From positions 1-46,671 of the IMG/VR virus record IMGVR_UViG_3300030207_004498: DNA of 46,671 nt; one strand, 5' to 3'. The notes under the pieces were generated by a model, which saw nothing but the letters and a program-made list of their open reading frames with translations, made no database searches and was not told where the DNA came from. This DNA is from a virus (lineage: Duplodnaviria > Caudoviricetes). The position numbers and the translations under genes are program-made. Shown piece by piece: positions 28,101 through 36,810 of the stretch; position 1 is the first letter of the stretch; every line of letters starts with the position of its first letter.

Positions 28101-31100
28101 TTCCGCAAGCCTCTGCTGGTTTTTTACAAAAGATTCGTATTCCTTAATTTTAGCCTGCCCAGACTCTTGGGCTAAATTCCCAATTTGAGCTTCCCCAAAA
28201 ACTGCGTTGAGCTTAGTTTTGTCACCTAATCTTTTGTTATATGCCTGCTGCGCTGCTTTAAACTCCGAAGGACCTGCGCTTATTAGCGCCTGAAGTTCAG
28301 GCGTCCCAGACATTGGATTCGTACCCGGCAACTGCCCTTTCCTTACCCCCAACTCCTCTAACATAGCTGCCTTTTTAGTAGTAAACTCTGTTGCAGTCAT
28401 CCCTTCAGCTAAACTAGCAAATGACTGAGTTAACTCCATTGATTTCGCAATAGCTTCATTTTGAGCTTCGACCTGCTTCTTGATCGCTTCCGCAGCATCA
28501 TCGCTTGAAGAAGTAAGGAATGATATACCTTCACTGAGAGCCCCAATGGCAAGGCCCCCAAGGACCCCGGGAACACCGCCTATCGCACCCATAGCACCGG
28601 ACCCTAAGACTCTTGTCACAGCTCCCTCGGAACTATACATAGCCGAACCAACCATCATGCCCCCTAATCCCCCAGCTGTTTTACCCGCGCCTAAAAGCCT
28701 ACTACCAAGACCTACTGCCGCGCCCGCAGCAAAGTTTGGAACTCCATGAGTCTTAGGATCTACTCCCGCAGCTTTAGAACGATTAATCCCTTGGTTTAGT
28801 CCCGCTGGTTCATGTATAGTATTGTAAACTCCCACTCCGCCGGGGTTACCAGCAGAACGTAAAGCGGGGCTAGAACCCACTCTGATCGCAGAGGCAGGGA
28901 CTCCTGCCGCCATCTCTCTACTTATAGCAGAAGTCAAAGGAGAGAAATTAGGAATGAAGCCGCCAGCTTTACCAGTACCTAACATTCTTCCGCCGCTACC
29001 CATTCTAGTGCCCGGTGTATGGCGGATAAGACGTGCTCCGGGACCTTTGTAGACTAATTCTTTAGCTATTTTACTTACCATGCTAGTAGTAGAACTATCG
29101 CTAGCACTTATCTTAAAATCAGCCATGCTAAATTTGCCCCCGAACATACTCATGGATGACCCCCATGCGCTTGTTGGAGCATTGCCGCCAAAAGGCCTTG
29201 GACGCAAATCAAAGTCTCCTCTATTTTTTCCAGTGTCTTGAGCTGCAGCCTGCATACCTAAAGCTAAGGCCATTCCCGCCTCAAAGACGGCTCCCGCCGC
29301 TCCGTCTATCGCACCTTTACCTCCCCCTGTCGTAAGCAATCTAGATCTAGTATTGTCATTTTTTATTATTTTGGGGTCCGATGGAGGCCTGACTTTAGCA
29401 GCGAAGGTCTTAGTTATGTCTACCGCTGCATCCAGCATCATTTCGCTTGCGTCTGCAATCTGCCCCTTTTTCTTACCTTCTAACCTAACTCTTTCAGGAC
29501 TCCATTCGTAAACCGGGAAAGATGCGCTAAAATTTTGAAAAGGTTTTTTACCTTTTGCGGAATGACCTATCCCAGTAGGGCCTCTGCCGTGAGGAACTAG
29601 CATAGCAATTTTATTTGTTGCTAAATGTCCGCCTGCGGCTAATATTTCTTTCCGTTTTTTTGGAGTTATAGAGCCTTCAACCGACGCAGATTTCTGTCCA
29701 GTTTTTGGATCCCTTAAGCCCGTAACGCCTTTCATTCCAAATTGTTGACTTTGAATTGTTGCGGCTCTTTGCGCAAAAATTGCAGGCGGAGCAAAATTAG
29801 GAACAAAACCTCCCGCTGCATAAGGATTAAATCCATGAGCAGCGCCAAAAGCTGCCTTATAACCTGCCCCTGCTGGACTGTTTTGCGGAGGCATGATAGC
29901 TTTTTGAGTCATTCCCGGAAACTGCTTTACTGTTTCCGCAGAATTATACATCATAGTACCAGCGCCCGGCTGACTCATAGTTCTTATGGCTCCTGCTCGG
30001 TAGCCTCCCGCCGCTGCCGCCGCTCTCTCTGCCCCAGCATTAGCAAAGTTAGGAACATAGCCTTCAGCCCTACCCGGTCTACCACGACCAAAAGCTCCAA
30101 ATCCACTTGGGGTTACTCGTGCTCCGGCAGAATACATTCCCGACGCAAGCTGTCTAGCCAACACAGTTTGCTGGGCTCTTTCTGCAGTCTGAAGCTTCAT
30201 CGTATTCAGGATATCTTTTTGTACGGAAGCTATAGTTCTTTCTCCAGTAGCTATTTGTGATATTAAAGCAGGTTCAGATTGGAGCTTTTTAATCACCATG
30301 TCCTCCAATGCTGCTCTTTGCTTAACAGCCGCATTAAGGCCCATGAAGTCTTTTAGCGCAGTAGAGGCGAACTTACCTAAATTTAAAGCTAATTTTCCAA
30401 AAGCTGCAGTAATTAATATTAAACCGGGTCCACCAATGAACTTACCTAAGCCTTGCAACATGTCTTTACCAAGGCCTTCCCCAAACTTTTCTAATTTGCC
30501 CCCTTCGCCGAAAGCTTCTATAATTCCATTTACAGCTCCAAGAGCATTGTTAATAGCTGGCCCAAAAAGATCTCCACCTAAACTTGATCCAGCTTTGGTT
30601 AAATTAGCCAAAGTTCTGTTTACTAAAGCGTCTAGAGTTTGGTTAAGTTTTTCATTTTTCTGATATGCTTCATCAGTAGCGCTACTAGCAGCTCGCAAAG
30701 CTCCTGCGTAAGCAGAATTTTGTTGAGCTAAATCACCTAACGCAGATTTTAAGATGTTTACCTGAAACACACCAGCTACGCTTTCAGCAGTAGAGGCCTG
30801 CTGAGATTTAGTCAGAGTATTGAAATTTTTAGCAAGGTTTTGAAGAACTTGAATACCAGAGAGCATTTCTCCATTCATGTCTCTAGTAGCGACACCTATA
30901 TTTTCTAATTTTTGCTGAACGTCAGTCCTTTGAATACGAGTAAATATAGTTTTAAATGCGTTACCAATCACAGCACCGCCACGAGCAGTCCTTTGCTGCA
31001 CTGCTGTAGTGATAGCCATCAACTCATTCATACTTACTCCCGCGGATTGAGCGGAAGCACCAACACGAGCTATAGATTTTGCTAAGTCTTCCGAGCTGAC

Positions 31101-31748
31101 AGCAAAAGCAGCATCAACTTTTGCCATTCTGTTAACTACTTGAGCAGAGGTTACTCCTTCTTTATTAAATGAGTTTACTGCTGCGGTTAATGATTTTACA
31201 GCGTCGGCTGCATTCATCCCAGTCAGACGAGTAAGAATAAGGGCGTCTTTTGTTCGGGTTAGGGTTTTTTCCATCCCTAAACCTTGACGAGCTAATTCAG
31301 TAGCTGCCTCTGCAACGGTACCAAACCCTTGGGCGGTCTCCTTCGCTACTTTAAACATCCCTTTGCCAAATTGATCTAAGGTCTTGGCATTGGCGTTCAT
31401 GACGACGTTAACGTCCATCATGGCCTTTTCGACCTGTATTGCTGAAGTGACCATAGCCCTGAGAGCTTTGTCCACCTGCATAATCAATCCAGCAGAAGCT
31501 CCGAACGCAATAACACGTGCATTTGAAGCCTCTAACGACTTGGTGAATTCATCTGCTCTTACAGTAGCTTTAGAAAGGCCAGTGCCTAGCGCACGAACTT
31601 TATCTGTACTTCCCCCTCCCCCAATTCCACCGAAACCCTTGGTCATACTCCTTCCTAGGGCATCAATCTTTTTCTGAAGTGCAGCTACCTCACGCTGAGC
31701 CTTCCTTGCGTTTAAGTCGAGATCTATCGTTATTTTATCCGCAGCCAT
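25164..31748 (-). CDS. Tail tape measure protein (TP901-type N-terminal domain)
   Basis: 2194 aa, Ala/Gly-rich helical; AEAATELARQGL, VDAAFAVSSEDLA, GNAFKTIFTRI; C-terminal GG...DDVP...GGEFV motifs; lies downstream of tail tube and chaperone-like genes. Confidence 0.93.
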   Translation of the reverse strand: MAADKITIDLDLNARKAQREVAALQKKIDALGRSMTKGFGGIGGGGSTDKVRALGTGLSKATVRADEFTKSLEASNARVIAFGASAGLIMQVDKALRAMVTSAIQVEKAMMDVNVVMNANAKTLDQFGKGMFKVAKETAQGFGTVAEAATELARQGLGMEKTLTRTKDALILTRLTGMNAADAVKSLTAAVNSFNKEGVTSAQVVNRMAKVDAAFAVSSEDLAKSIARVGASAQSAGVSMNELMAITTAVQQRTARGGAVIGNAFKTIFTRIQRTDVQQKLENIGVATRDMNGEMLSGIQVLQNLAKNFNTLTKSQQASTAESVAGVFQVNILKSALGDLAQQNSAYAGALRAASSATDEAYQKNEKLNQTLDALVNRTLANLTKAGSSLGGDLFGPAINNALGAVNGIIEAFGEGGKLEKFGEGLGKDMLQGLGKFIGGPGLILITAAFGKLALNLGKFASTALKDFMGLNAAVKQRAALEDMVIKKLQSEPALISQIATGERTIASVQKDILNTMKLQTAERAQQTVLARQLASGMYSAGARVTPSGFGAFGRGRPGRAEGYVPNFANAGAERAAAAAGGYRAGAIRTMSQPGAGTMMYNSAETVKQFPGMTQKAIMPPQNSPAGAGYKAAFGAAHGFNPYAAGGFVPNFAPPAIFAQRAATIQSQQFGMKGVTGLRDPKTGQKSASVEGSITPKKRKEILAAGGHLATNKIAMLVPHGRGPTGIGHSAKGKKPFQNFSASFPVYEWSPERVRLEGKKKGQIADASEMMLDAAVDITKTFAAKVRPPSDPKIIKNDNTRSRLLTTGGGKGAIDGAAGAVFEAGMALALGMQAAAQDTGKNRGDFDLRPRPFGGNAPTSAWGSSMSMFGGKFSMADFKISASDSSTTSMVSKIAKELVYKGPGARLIRHTPGTRMGSGGRMLGTGKAGGFIPNFSPLTSAISREMAAGVPASAIRVGSSPALRSAGNPGGVGVYNTIHEPAGLNQGINRSKAAGVDPKTHGVPNFAAGAAVGLGSRLLGAGKTAGGLGGMMVGSAMYSSEGAVTRVLGSGAMGAIGGVPGVLGGLAIGALSEGISFLTSSSDDAAEAIKKQVEAQNEAIAKSMELTQSFASLAEGMTATEFTTKKAAMLEELGVRKGQLPGTNPMSGTPELQALISAGPSEFKAAQQAYNKRLGDKTKLNAVFGEAQIGNLAQESGQAKIKEYESFVKNQQRLAEQGSITYNQVEKNLDNEAARVFGLKDSHNASMKVKTLSDEVLGGTRTLSGTDFGKRAGEDFLARLTKQKGFSPESVYARLAAEGIALEDIVAPSLAGGKRMDRTMGQEQIARLLNISEGDLDSSQSPFFKQLAADVKSKTDAGMSVPQAIEERNQAVAQYMNVIIAGFSDQEAYNKAVKENTDLEEEAAQKKSAYLQTLLEAMKAQESYRQKVHEAERALATLTRDATQSRAMFGLGSGLRIAQAGARQNSLGVASVVRREAISAAELERENAVGIADKALEVGVMQGLKGMNAVKFIEGGGFGGAEAAKALGAFTTLRESIQKGDDQAQIDRLIERLAGIKGMKLEKGIMFGEEGAANQVGLDQLQNIIDTLRNSQEKYNKAIDAATEGETNAKAIAEEQFRVTKESIKLQYELNTAKRAEQRAIKASLASAELAEAEALMKSGRLGTRGRNAAFSASLAADIANRGVQKGDMGRAFRAGFINEFGSNPVDVLEDFENGSRQVAQTMKSSFADAFRSIASGSATAGEAIAMMAQNVLDSISQVSTNMFSSMLFQRMGMGGMAQGGYVPGYNSGGLIVGGSGYKDDVPIHATGGEFVIKKAAVNKIGVPTLNAINGMANGGMSMGKVGLIAAGASAASGLLSSAMQPGSPSPAPSQNYGFGRSKHGYLGGADPDSRGPDMISGGAGRASVSLNKAYVYYRRDPQTGQLISERARPTEGRFEVSDRLSLLGRLGDDDPQTARMFQKEEAMSKYQGYLAQETDRRRAAVKAVERKKRGNLIQAYANAAMLIGGAHMMGKFAAAGNAAPHLSGVTGEGAVAAADAANVASQIKATGSMYAGTNQGGKANGGIIATTGGEYMMSAEAVRTHGINFMTELNRGNVPGYASGGLVGSAPAASGGGMVGGSTTNNVSINVNIDKEGKATAEGSATSQQGGPSEKDQQAEINDNKELGEVLQGVVLQEIVRQQRPGGLLNRSTTGTP

Positions 31749-31754
31749 ATTCCT

Positions 31755-31770
31755 AGTGTATAATTACACT
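31755..31770 (-). promoter_or_regulatory. GTGTAA motif within palindrome AGTGTA-TAAT-TACACT
   Basis: TTACAC at 31764-31769, 15 nt upstream of the tape measure start; AGGA RBS follows. Confidence 0.55.
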
Positions 31771-31778
31771 ATTTTTGA

Positions 31779-32774
31779 CTATACTCCGTGAATTTTCATC
31801 ATATCTTCCATACTTAAAGATCCACCTTTTTCTGCGGCCTTTTTTGCAAGGCTTATAGTCTCATTTGGGTTATCTAAACCTAAACGTTTTAAGTCTTGTT
31901 TTGTAGCTCCAACTAAAGAGGTTGCAGAGCCCTCTTTTTCTGCTGATTTTGATTTATCTATGACTTCTTTAGCATTCTTAGAAGACTCAAACCATTCTAC
32001 TAGTTTTTCAGGGCTCTCTTTTACCTCTTCAGGCACTTGAGATTCGGAATTTTCCATTAAAGATTTGTAATATCTTCCATAGCCAAAAAGCTCCACTTGG
32101 TAAAAGGTTAATTCAACCAAGGGCCTACCAAAAAAAGTATAAGCATTGTTCTCACAGAGATAAAAAAGGTTTGTAAAGAAACCCGATAAAGATATTTTTT
32201 TTAAATTAGAAGACCCAAATTTCTTAGTATTCTTATTATAAGTAGCAATTAGACTCATTAATTGATCTTGATGAAGCTCTTCGAAATCTTCGTTAGATAA
32301 AAGCTGCCCTCCTTGCTCATTCAAGATAGCTTTCTGCATATAATGCTCATTGATTCTGCGTTGAGCATAGTTTTCGGCGCAAAAACCTATTAATTCTTCT
32401 TTTTTTAATTCTTTTTCGCTTAACTTTAATTGGTTCTCTTCTAGCTGCCTGTTTATATCATCGAGATGGGCTTGAAGAAATAATTTAGACTTCGAGTTTT
32501 TTAAACCCGCAATCATAGTTTTTAAATTAAGTATCTCCTTGTTTTTCTTATCGTCCCAAATATTATTATCTAAGAGATATTGTATTTTTTCCTCTCTTGT
32601 AGGCAAGCCCTGCTCACAGGCTTTTTCATAAAAATACCTATTCTTAATATCTAATTCGGCCGAATCGAAGTTATTGAAGTGTTTTATCTTAAGTTTACCA
32701 AAGTCTTCATTGTCAACTAAAGTATAACCTCGAAGAATCTCAGAAAAAATAACTTTTAGCGCCGAGTCTTCCAT
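31779..32774 (-). CDS. Putative tail assembly chaperone-like protein
   Basis: Position between tail tube and tape measure; charged helical; shares GLxTR and AExxAxxR/K motifs with 32815-33603. Confidence 0.55.
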   Translation of the reverse strand: MEDSALKVIFSEILRGYTLVDNEDFGKLKIKHFNNFDSAELDIKNRYFYEKACEQGLPTREEKIQYLLDNNIWDDKKNKEILNLKTMIAGLKNSKSKLFLQAHLDDINRQLEENQLKLSEKELKKEELIGFCAENYAQRRINEHYMQKAILNEQGGQLLSNEDFEELHQDQLMSLIATYNKNTKKFGSSNLKKISLSGFFTNLFYLCENNAYTFFGRPLVELTFYQVELFGYGRYYKSLMENSESQVPEEVKESPEKLVEWFESSKNAKEVIDKSKSAEKEGSATSLVGATKQDLKRLGLDNPNETISLAKKAAEKGGSLSMEDMMKIHGV

Positions 32775-32814
32775 TATATTTCTATTTTCGACAATGGTTT
32801 GCCGAAAACTTTAC

Positions 32815-33603
32815 TTAGTCCTTTTTTTTATCAGGCTCTTCTTCGGAGGCGGACTCTTCTTCGTCCAATTTAAGCGCCATATCTATCATGCTTTGAAACT
32901 CTTCTTGGCTGTTAGGTCTACCAACAAACCAGAAGCTAACGTAGTACGCAAATTTTCTTGCCACCATAATAGAAAAAGTATCTTCGCCTTCGTCTATTTC
33001 GTCATATTTTTCAAATCTAGAATCTAAGTCTCCATCTCCGAAAAATGGAGTTTCCTTACCTTCCTCGTCTTGATGAGCTAAATGAAGCATCCACCATAGT
33101 ATAACTTTATTTCGCGCTCTACTCTCAGCAGTCTCCTCATAAAGATTGTCCTCCATTAACTGAAGATCTCGAAGCTCTCTACGCGCAGGTTTAATCTCCT
33201 TTTCAAGTTCTTTTAATTTCTTTTTCTGGGTAGGAGTTCTTTTCTTCTCGTCAATCTCTAAAATCTTTATTTGCTCTTTATGAAACTCTTGGAGCTTAGT
33301 TACTATGTCAGCATACTGCTTATTTTCATCATCGCTTCTTACTCCACCGTCGTTTTCAAACCGTTTTTCAAGTAGGGCTCGAGTTAATAGGCCAGCTTTA
33401 ATGCCTTCAGCTAATCTTACGCCATAATATAATTCAGCTTCGTCTGTCATGGCGCGAGTAGGTCTACGCAAAAAAAATTTATGAGGAACCATCTTTTTAA
33501 CATCTTTCGAAGTAGTTACTTCGGTTCCGTCTTTTTTCTTTTCTACCGACTCTTCTTTTACAGTTTCTTCCTTATCGAAAGTAAATTCGTATATACGCTT
33601 CAT
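32815..33603 (-). CDS. Putative tail assembly chaperone-like protein
   Basis: Synteny; FFLRRPTR, GLLTR, coiled coil, TAESRARNK. Confidence 0.55.
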   Translation of the reverse strand: MKRIYEFTFDKEETVKEESVEKKKDGTEVTTSKDVKKMVPHKFFLRRPTRAMTDEAELYYGVRLAEGIKAGLLTRALLEKRFENDGGVRSDDENKQYADIVTKLQEFHKEQIKILEIDEKKRTPTQKKKLKELEKEIKPARRELRDLQLMEDNLYEETAESRARNKVILWWMLHLAHQDEEGKETPFFGDGDLDSRFEKYDEIDEGEDTFSIMVARKFAYYVSFWFVGRPNSQEEFQSMIDMALKLDEEESASEEEPDKKKD

Positions 33604-33854
33604 TTTGGTTTATTATTGTTATATTCTACAAATTTTTCAAAATATTCCTCTAGTTCGCGGATTGTATCGTTTCCTAAATCGAGGATTCTTTTGCGGATTC
33701 GTTGGTGTGTTTCTTCTGGTATTTTGATGCCCTCAGCGCTCAAATCTTCCAGAATAAAGAAGAACTGCTTATACAAGTTAGTAACTTTTCGCCTAGTTTG
33801 AAATGCGAAAAAATTATTAATAATATCCCTATCTTTCCCTTCTTCCTTAGACAT
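33600..33854 (-). CDS. Hypothetical protein
   Basis: 84 aa, AAGG RBS, ATGA overlap with the next gene; RIRKRILDLGND. Confidence 0.75.
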   Translation of the reverse strand: MSKEEGKDRDIINNFFAFQTRRKVTNLYKQFFFILEDLSAEGIKIPEETHQRIRKRILDLGNDTIRELEEYFEKFVEYNNNKPK

Positions 33855-33881
33855 ACCTTTTACCTTATATCTTATGTATAA

Positions 33882-33887
33882 TTACAC
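33882..33887 (-). promoter_or_regulatory. GTGTAA motif (candidate late promoter)
   Basis: Minus strand ttGTGTAAttatacat, immediately downstream of the terminator, where a new promoter is needed. Confidence 0.6.
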
Positions 33888-33894
33888 AAAAATA

Positions 33895-33922
33895 CAAAAA
33901 AAAGCCCCTCCGAGGAGGGGCT
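33895..33922 (-). terminator. Rho-independent terminator after the major tail gene
   Basis: Minus strand AGCCCCTC-CTCG-GAGGGGCT followed by a T run. Confidence 0.9.
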
Positions 33923-33941
33923 CAATTAATTTAGTTAAACT

Positions 33942-35285
33942 TTATACTGGCCAAACTCCATTCGTTTGAGGAGTAAGTCCTTGAGAATAGAATCCACTCA
34001 TAAAGACACCGTGGCCAGATTGCTCAGGCCCTCCTATTTGAGAAGTGAAGTCAAGAGTAACGCTCTTATTATCTCCGATTCCTCCTGCAAAAGATTGACT
34101 GTCTAGTTTCAAACCTTTCAAGAAGTAGTTACATATAATTTTATCTCCTGCCCCTTCGTCAGCAACTCCCGGAATGCACTTCGGATCCCTCATGCTAATT
34201 TGAGCGTCGAACTCGTCATCACAATCAATGATATCTGCTACAGAACCTGATGTAAGATCAGATAGAATAGCATCGATGCTCAAGCTAATATTAACAGGGA
34301 AATCGACTGCGCGAGCAAAAGCGAAACGGTTACCAAGTTTTTGTATCGGCGAACGACTCAAATCAAAACTTAAGTTAAAGCTTTGAATGTGAGAGTTAGC
34401 TATAGAAGCGCCAGCGTAATCAGGAAACCCTGCTATTTGAGCGGCTTCAGAAATACCACTTACTTGATCTCCGGCTTTTTTACTTAGAGTTAGAGTAATA
34501 TCTCCCGGGCGTAGAGTGCTAATTGCATTAAACCCTGTCGCCTGATGGCCCAACCCCGGCGCGCTCCCACTAGGCACTGGAAGATTGATGTGTTTATTAA
34601 CTTTCTGGCCATTCGTTGGATTAACAGCTGGGCTTTCTCCAGATATAGAAATCAATCTATTTCCTTGCGCTGCAGTACCTGTAACAAAACCATTAGCAGG
34701 GACAGCTGCGTCAGTTGTACCAGTGTTTTTGCCCGGTGCAGTATAAGGCAAGTTAACAAAATTCATGTTTTGCCCTTCGACGGAAACTGAAGCGGTAGGA
34801 AGACCACCTACAGAAGCTTCTGTAGAATAAGAAGTTATAAATCCATTTCCAATTCCAATTATACTTTCGTAATCTCCTGAATTTTGATCGTCTACAGCGT
34901 CAGTGCCCTCTTTGGTAGTAAGAATAAAGTAATTTTTCTGAGAGTCGACTTCCCCAGTACTAATCAAGTCAGTTACGGCAGATTTAAATTGCGATATCGA
35001 TGCACCGCTTGGAGCGATAGTAAATCCTAGGGTACGTTCGTTAGTGAAATTAGCCACATAGTACGAAGTATCAAAGGACACAGTAGGGGCGTCGGTAATA
35101 ATTCTGTCAATTGCAGCTAACTGACCAAATTGATTGACGTCCTGTCTAGCGATGTTAAAGGAATAGTTTGCGCTTTGCACTCTTTGTAAGCCGCTAATAG
35201 TTCTGTTCGCTGTGAGATCACCATCGAACGCTGCGGTGCTAGCATAAACTGCCTGACTTTGGTAAATTACTCTATTTCTAGCCAT
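33942..35285 (-). CDS. Major tail tube protein (putative)
   Basis: RVQSANYSFNIARQDVNQFGQ, GFITSYSTEASVGGLPTASV, DLSRSPIQKLG, FPVNISLSID; between neck genes and chaperones; followed by a strong terminator as expected for a high-copy protein. Confidence 0.75.
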   Translation of the reverse strand: MARNRVIYQSQAVYASTAAFDGDLTANRTISGLQRVQSANYSFNIARQDVNQFGQLAAIDRIITDAPTVSFDTSYYVANFTNERTLGFTIAPSGASISQFKSAVTDLISTGEVDSQKNYFILTTKEGTDAVDDQNSGDYESIIGIGNGFITSYSTEASVGGLPTASVSVEGQNMNFVNLPYTAPGKNTGTTDAAVPANGFVTGTAAQGNRLISISGESPAVNPTNGQKVNKHINLPVPSGSAPGLGHQATGFNAISTLRPGDITLTLSKKAGDQVSGISEAAQIAGFPDYAGASIANSHIQSFNLSFDLSRSPIQKLGNRFAFARAVDFPVNISLSIDAILSDLTSGSVADIIDCDDEFDAQISMRDPKCIPGVADEGAGDKIICNYFLKGLKLDSQSFAGGIGDNKSVTLDFTSQIGGPEQSGHGVFMSGFYSQGLTPQTNGVWPV

Positions 35286-35312
35286 TTTAAAAAATCCTGT
35301 TGTTATCCTAAA

Positions 35313-35318
35313 TTACAT
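35313..35318 (-). promoter_or_regulatory. ATGTAA variant of the motif
   Basis: Minus strand aaATGTAAtttagg, 27 nt upstream of the major tail start. Confidence 0.4.
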
Positions 35319-35344
35319 TTAATATGCCCAAAAGTGAAATTATT

Positions 35345-36211
35345 TTAAGATTGTCGGGGAAATCTAAATTTACTAAGCTCAAAATCTATTAAAGTAGAGT
35401 AAACATTAGGATTAAACTTCCTTACTTCGTTCTCTAAAACGCGATCAAAACGGGAAATATCTATGTCTTCTATGAAAATTCTTCCATCAGGACCTTTGCC
35501 GTTTGCTATCCCGGTATAGTTATATTGATCGTTTCTATAATAACCAAATTGATTAAAAGGCATTTCAGAAGGCTCCAAAAGCGCTATGTTTTGCTGCCTT
35601 TGATCTCTAAAAAGGGAGCCAATAGCATCTATGTCAAATTGACTATCAGCTATAACTATAGCCCTAACATTAAGCCTTGTATCATCCATGCCGCCTAAAG
35701 CTAAAGGTTCGTTAGAGCTTCCATCCGGCTTTAAATATACAACAGGGTAAGTTCGAGTATCCGGTTCCAAACCGGTGGGAACAACTGAAGATATCTTATT
35801 TCTATTGGTGTATTGAGTTTGGAATAATATTTCGTCTTCAGTCCTACTTGTTAAATAGACATTAAAGTCTTTTATAGCAAAGCTTCCAGTAACATCACTA
35901 GATTGCGAGCCTGACCAATAAGACCTGCCGTTTCCATAATCTATAGCGTATAGCCCATTGTTACCACCCTCACCCACGTTAACTAAAGTATTTCCCGCAT
36001 AAAGACCTGTTGGAATCGTAGCGCCAGTTATCGAAGCATCGGATACAAACTGAGAATAAGAACTAGCGTAAGTATAATATCCATAGTAATCATCCGAGAC
36101 ACTGTAAAATTGACCCGTAGTATTCTGGAAAGCTTCGCCCTTGCTTAAAAGGGTATAATCAAACCATAACAAAAAGCTGGACATTACTTGGTTGTCAAAT
36201 TGCGGCTTCAT
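35345..36211 (-). CDS. Putative tail terminator/completion protein
   Basis: Synteny only (last neck gene before the tail tube); YPVVYL...LNVRAIVIAD pattern. Confidence 0.5.
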   Translation of the reverse strand: MKPQFDNQVMSSFLLWFDYTLLSKGEAFQNTTGQFYSVSDDYYGYYTYASSYSQFVSDASITGATIPTGLYAGNTLVNVGEGGNNGLYAIDYGNGRSYWSGSQSSDVTGSFAIKDFNVYLTSRTEDEILFQTQYTNRNKISSVVPTGLEPDTRTYPVVYLKPDGSSNEPLALGGMDDTRLNVRAIVIADSQFDIDAIGSLFRDQRQQNIALLEPSEMPFNQFGYYRNDQYNYTGIANGKGPDGRIFIEDIDISRFDRVLENEVRKFNPNVYSTLIDFELSKFRFPRQS

Positions 36212-36810
36212 TTAAATTTCTTTCTAGCGTTGTCTAATATCTTACTAACGTAAGGCGTAGGATTAAACTTTATAAAGTTAATTTTTTGTTTACTCTGAAC
36301 AGCTACCCCAGATCTACTATTATCCGAATCTTTGAAAACGGTGTTGGTATAATTAGTTATCCCTCTTTCTACACCCTTTACCCAACTTTTACTCGTCCAA
36401 GCCAAAGGAGTCATAGCATATATCTCTGTAATTGATGGCACATTAGATATCCTATATTCTAAAGAAAAACGCGTCCCACTAATTTTTTTCAATACTCCTT
36501 GATTTCTATCAACTGTAAACATTCTATCAAAAGCAGACCTCAGTATCTCCACTGGCTGAGAGCCTTTATCAAAACCTAAAAAACCAAAAAGGCTTCCTCT
36601 TCCGCCAAGTAAATTACTACCCATTGCATTCGGTCCGGCTTCTATTTCTTTGGTAACTGCATGCTGATCCAGCTCAGAAAGAGCTTCTTTTCTTATTTTA
36701 TCAGCTTTTTTAACGGCGGCGTTATAGGCCGCTCTTTGTAAAGACTTAGATCCTTTAAAATCATATTTTTTTAAAAGGTCGTTAAGATTAAGCTTTTTTG
36801 ATCTAGGCAT
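36208..36810 (-). CDS. Putative neck/tail-completion protein
   Basis: Basic 200-aa protein ending PTPYVSKIL, in the HK97 gp10-like slot; synteny. Confidence 0.5.
   Translation of the reverse strand: MPRSKKLNLNDLLKKYDFKGSKSLQRAAYNAAVKKADKIRKEALSELDQHAVTKEIEAGPNAMGSNLLGGRGSLFGFLGFDKGSQPVEILRSAFDRMFTVDRNQGVLKKISGTRFSLEYRISNVPSITEIYAMTPLAWTSKSWVKGVERGITNYTNTVFKDSDNSRSGVAVQSKQKINFIKFNPTPYVSKILDNARKKFK

Noticed and set aside
32772-32830. Slippery A-AAA-AAG at the end of the 262-aa chaperone-slot gene as a G/GT fusion site
   Set aside because: The -1 frame stops after about 15 codons at a TAA overlapping the next ATG, and the downstream gene's frame has an in-frame stop in the gap, so no fusion is possible. 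At most it gives a short extension.
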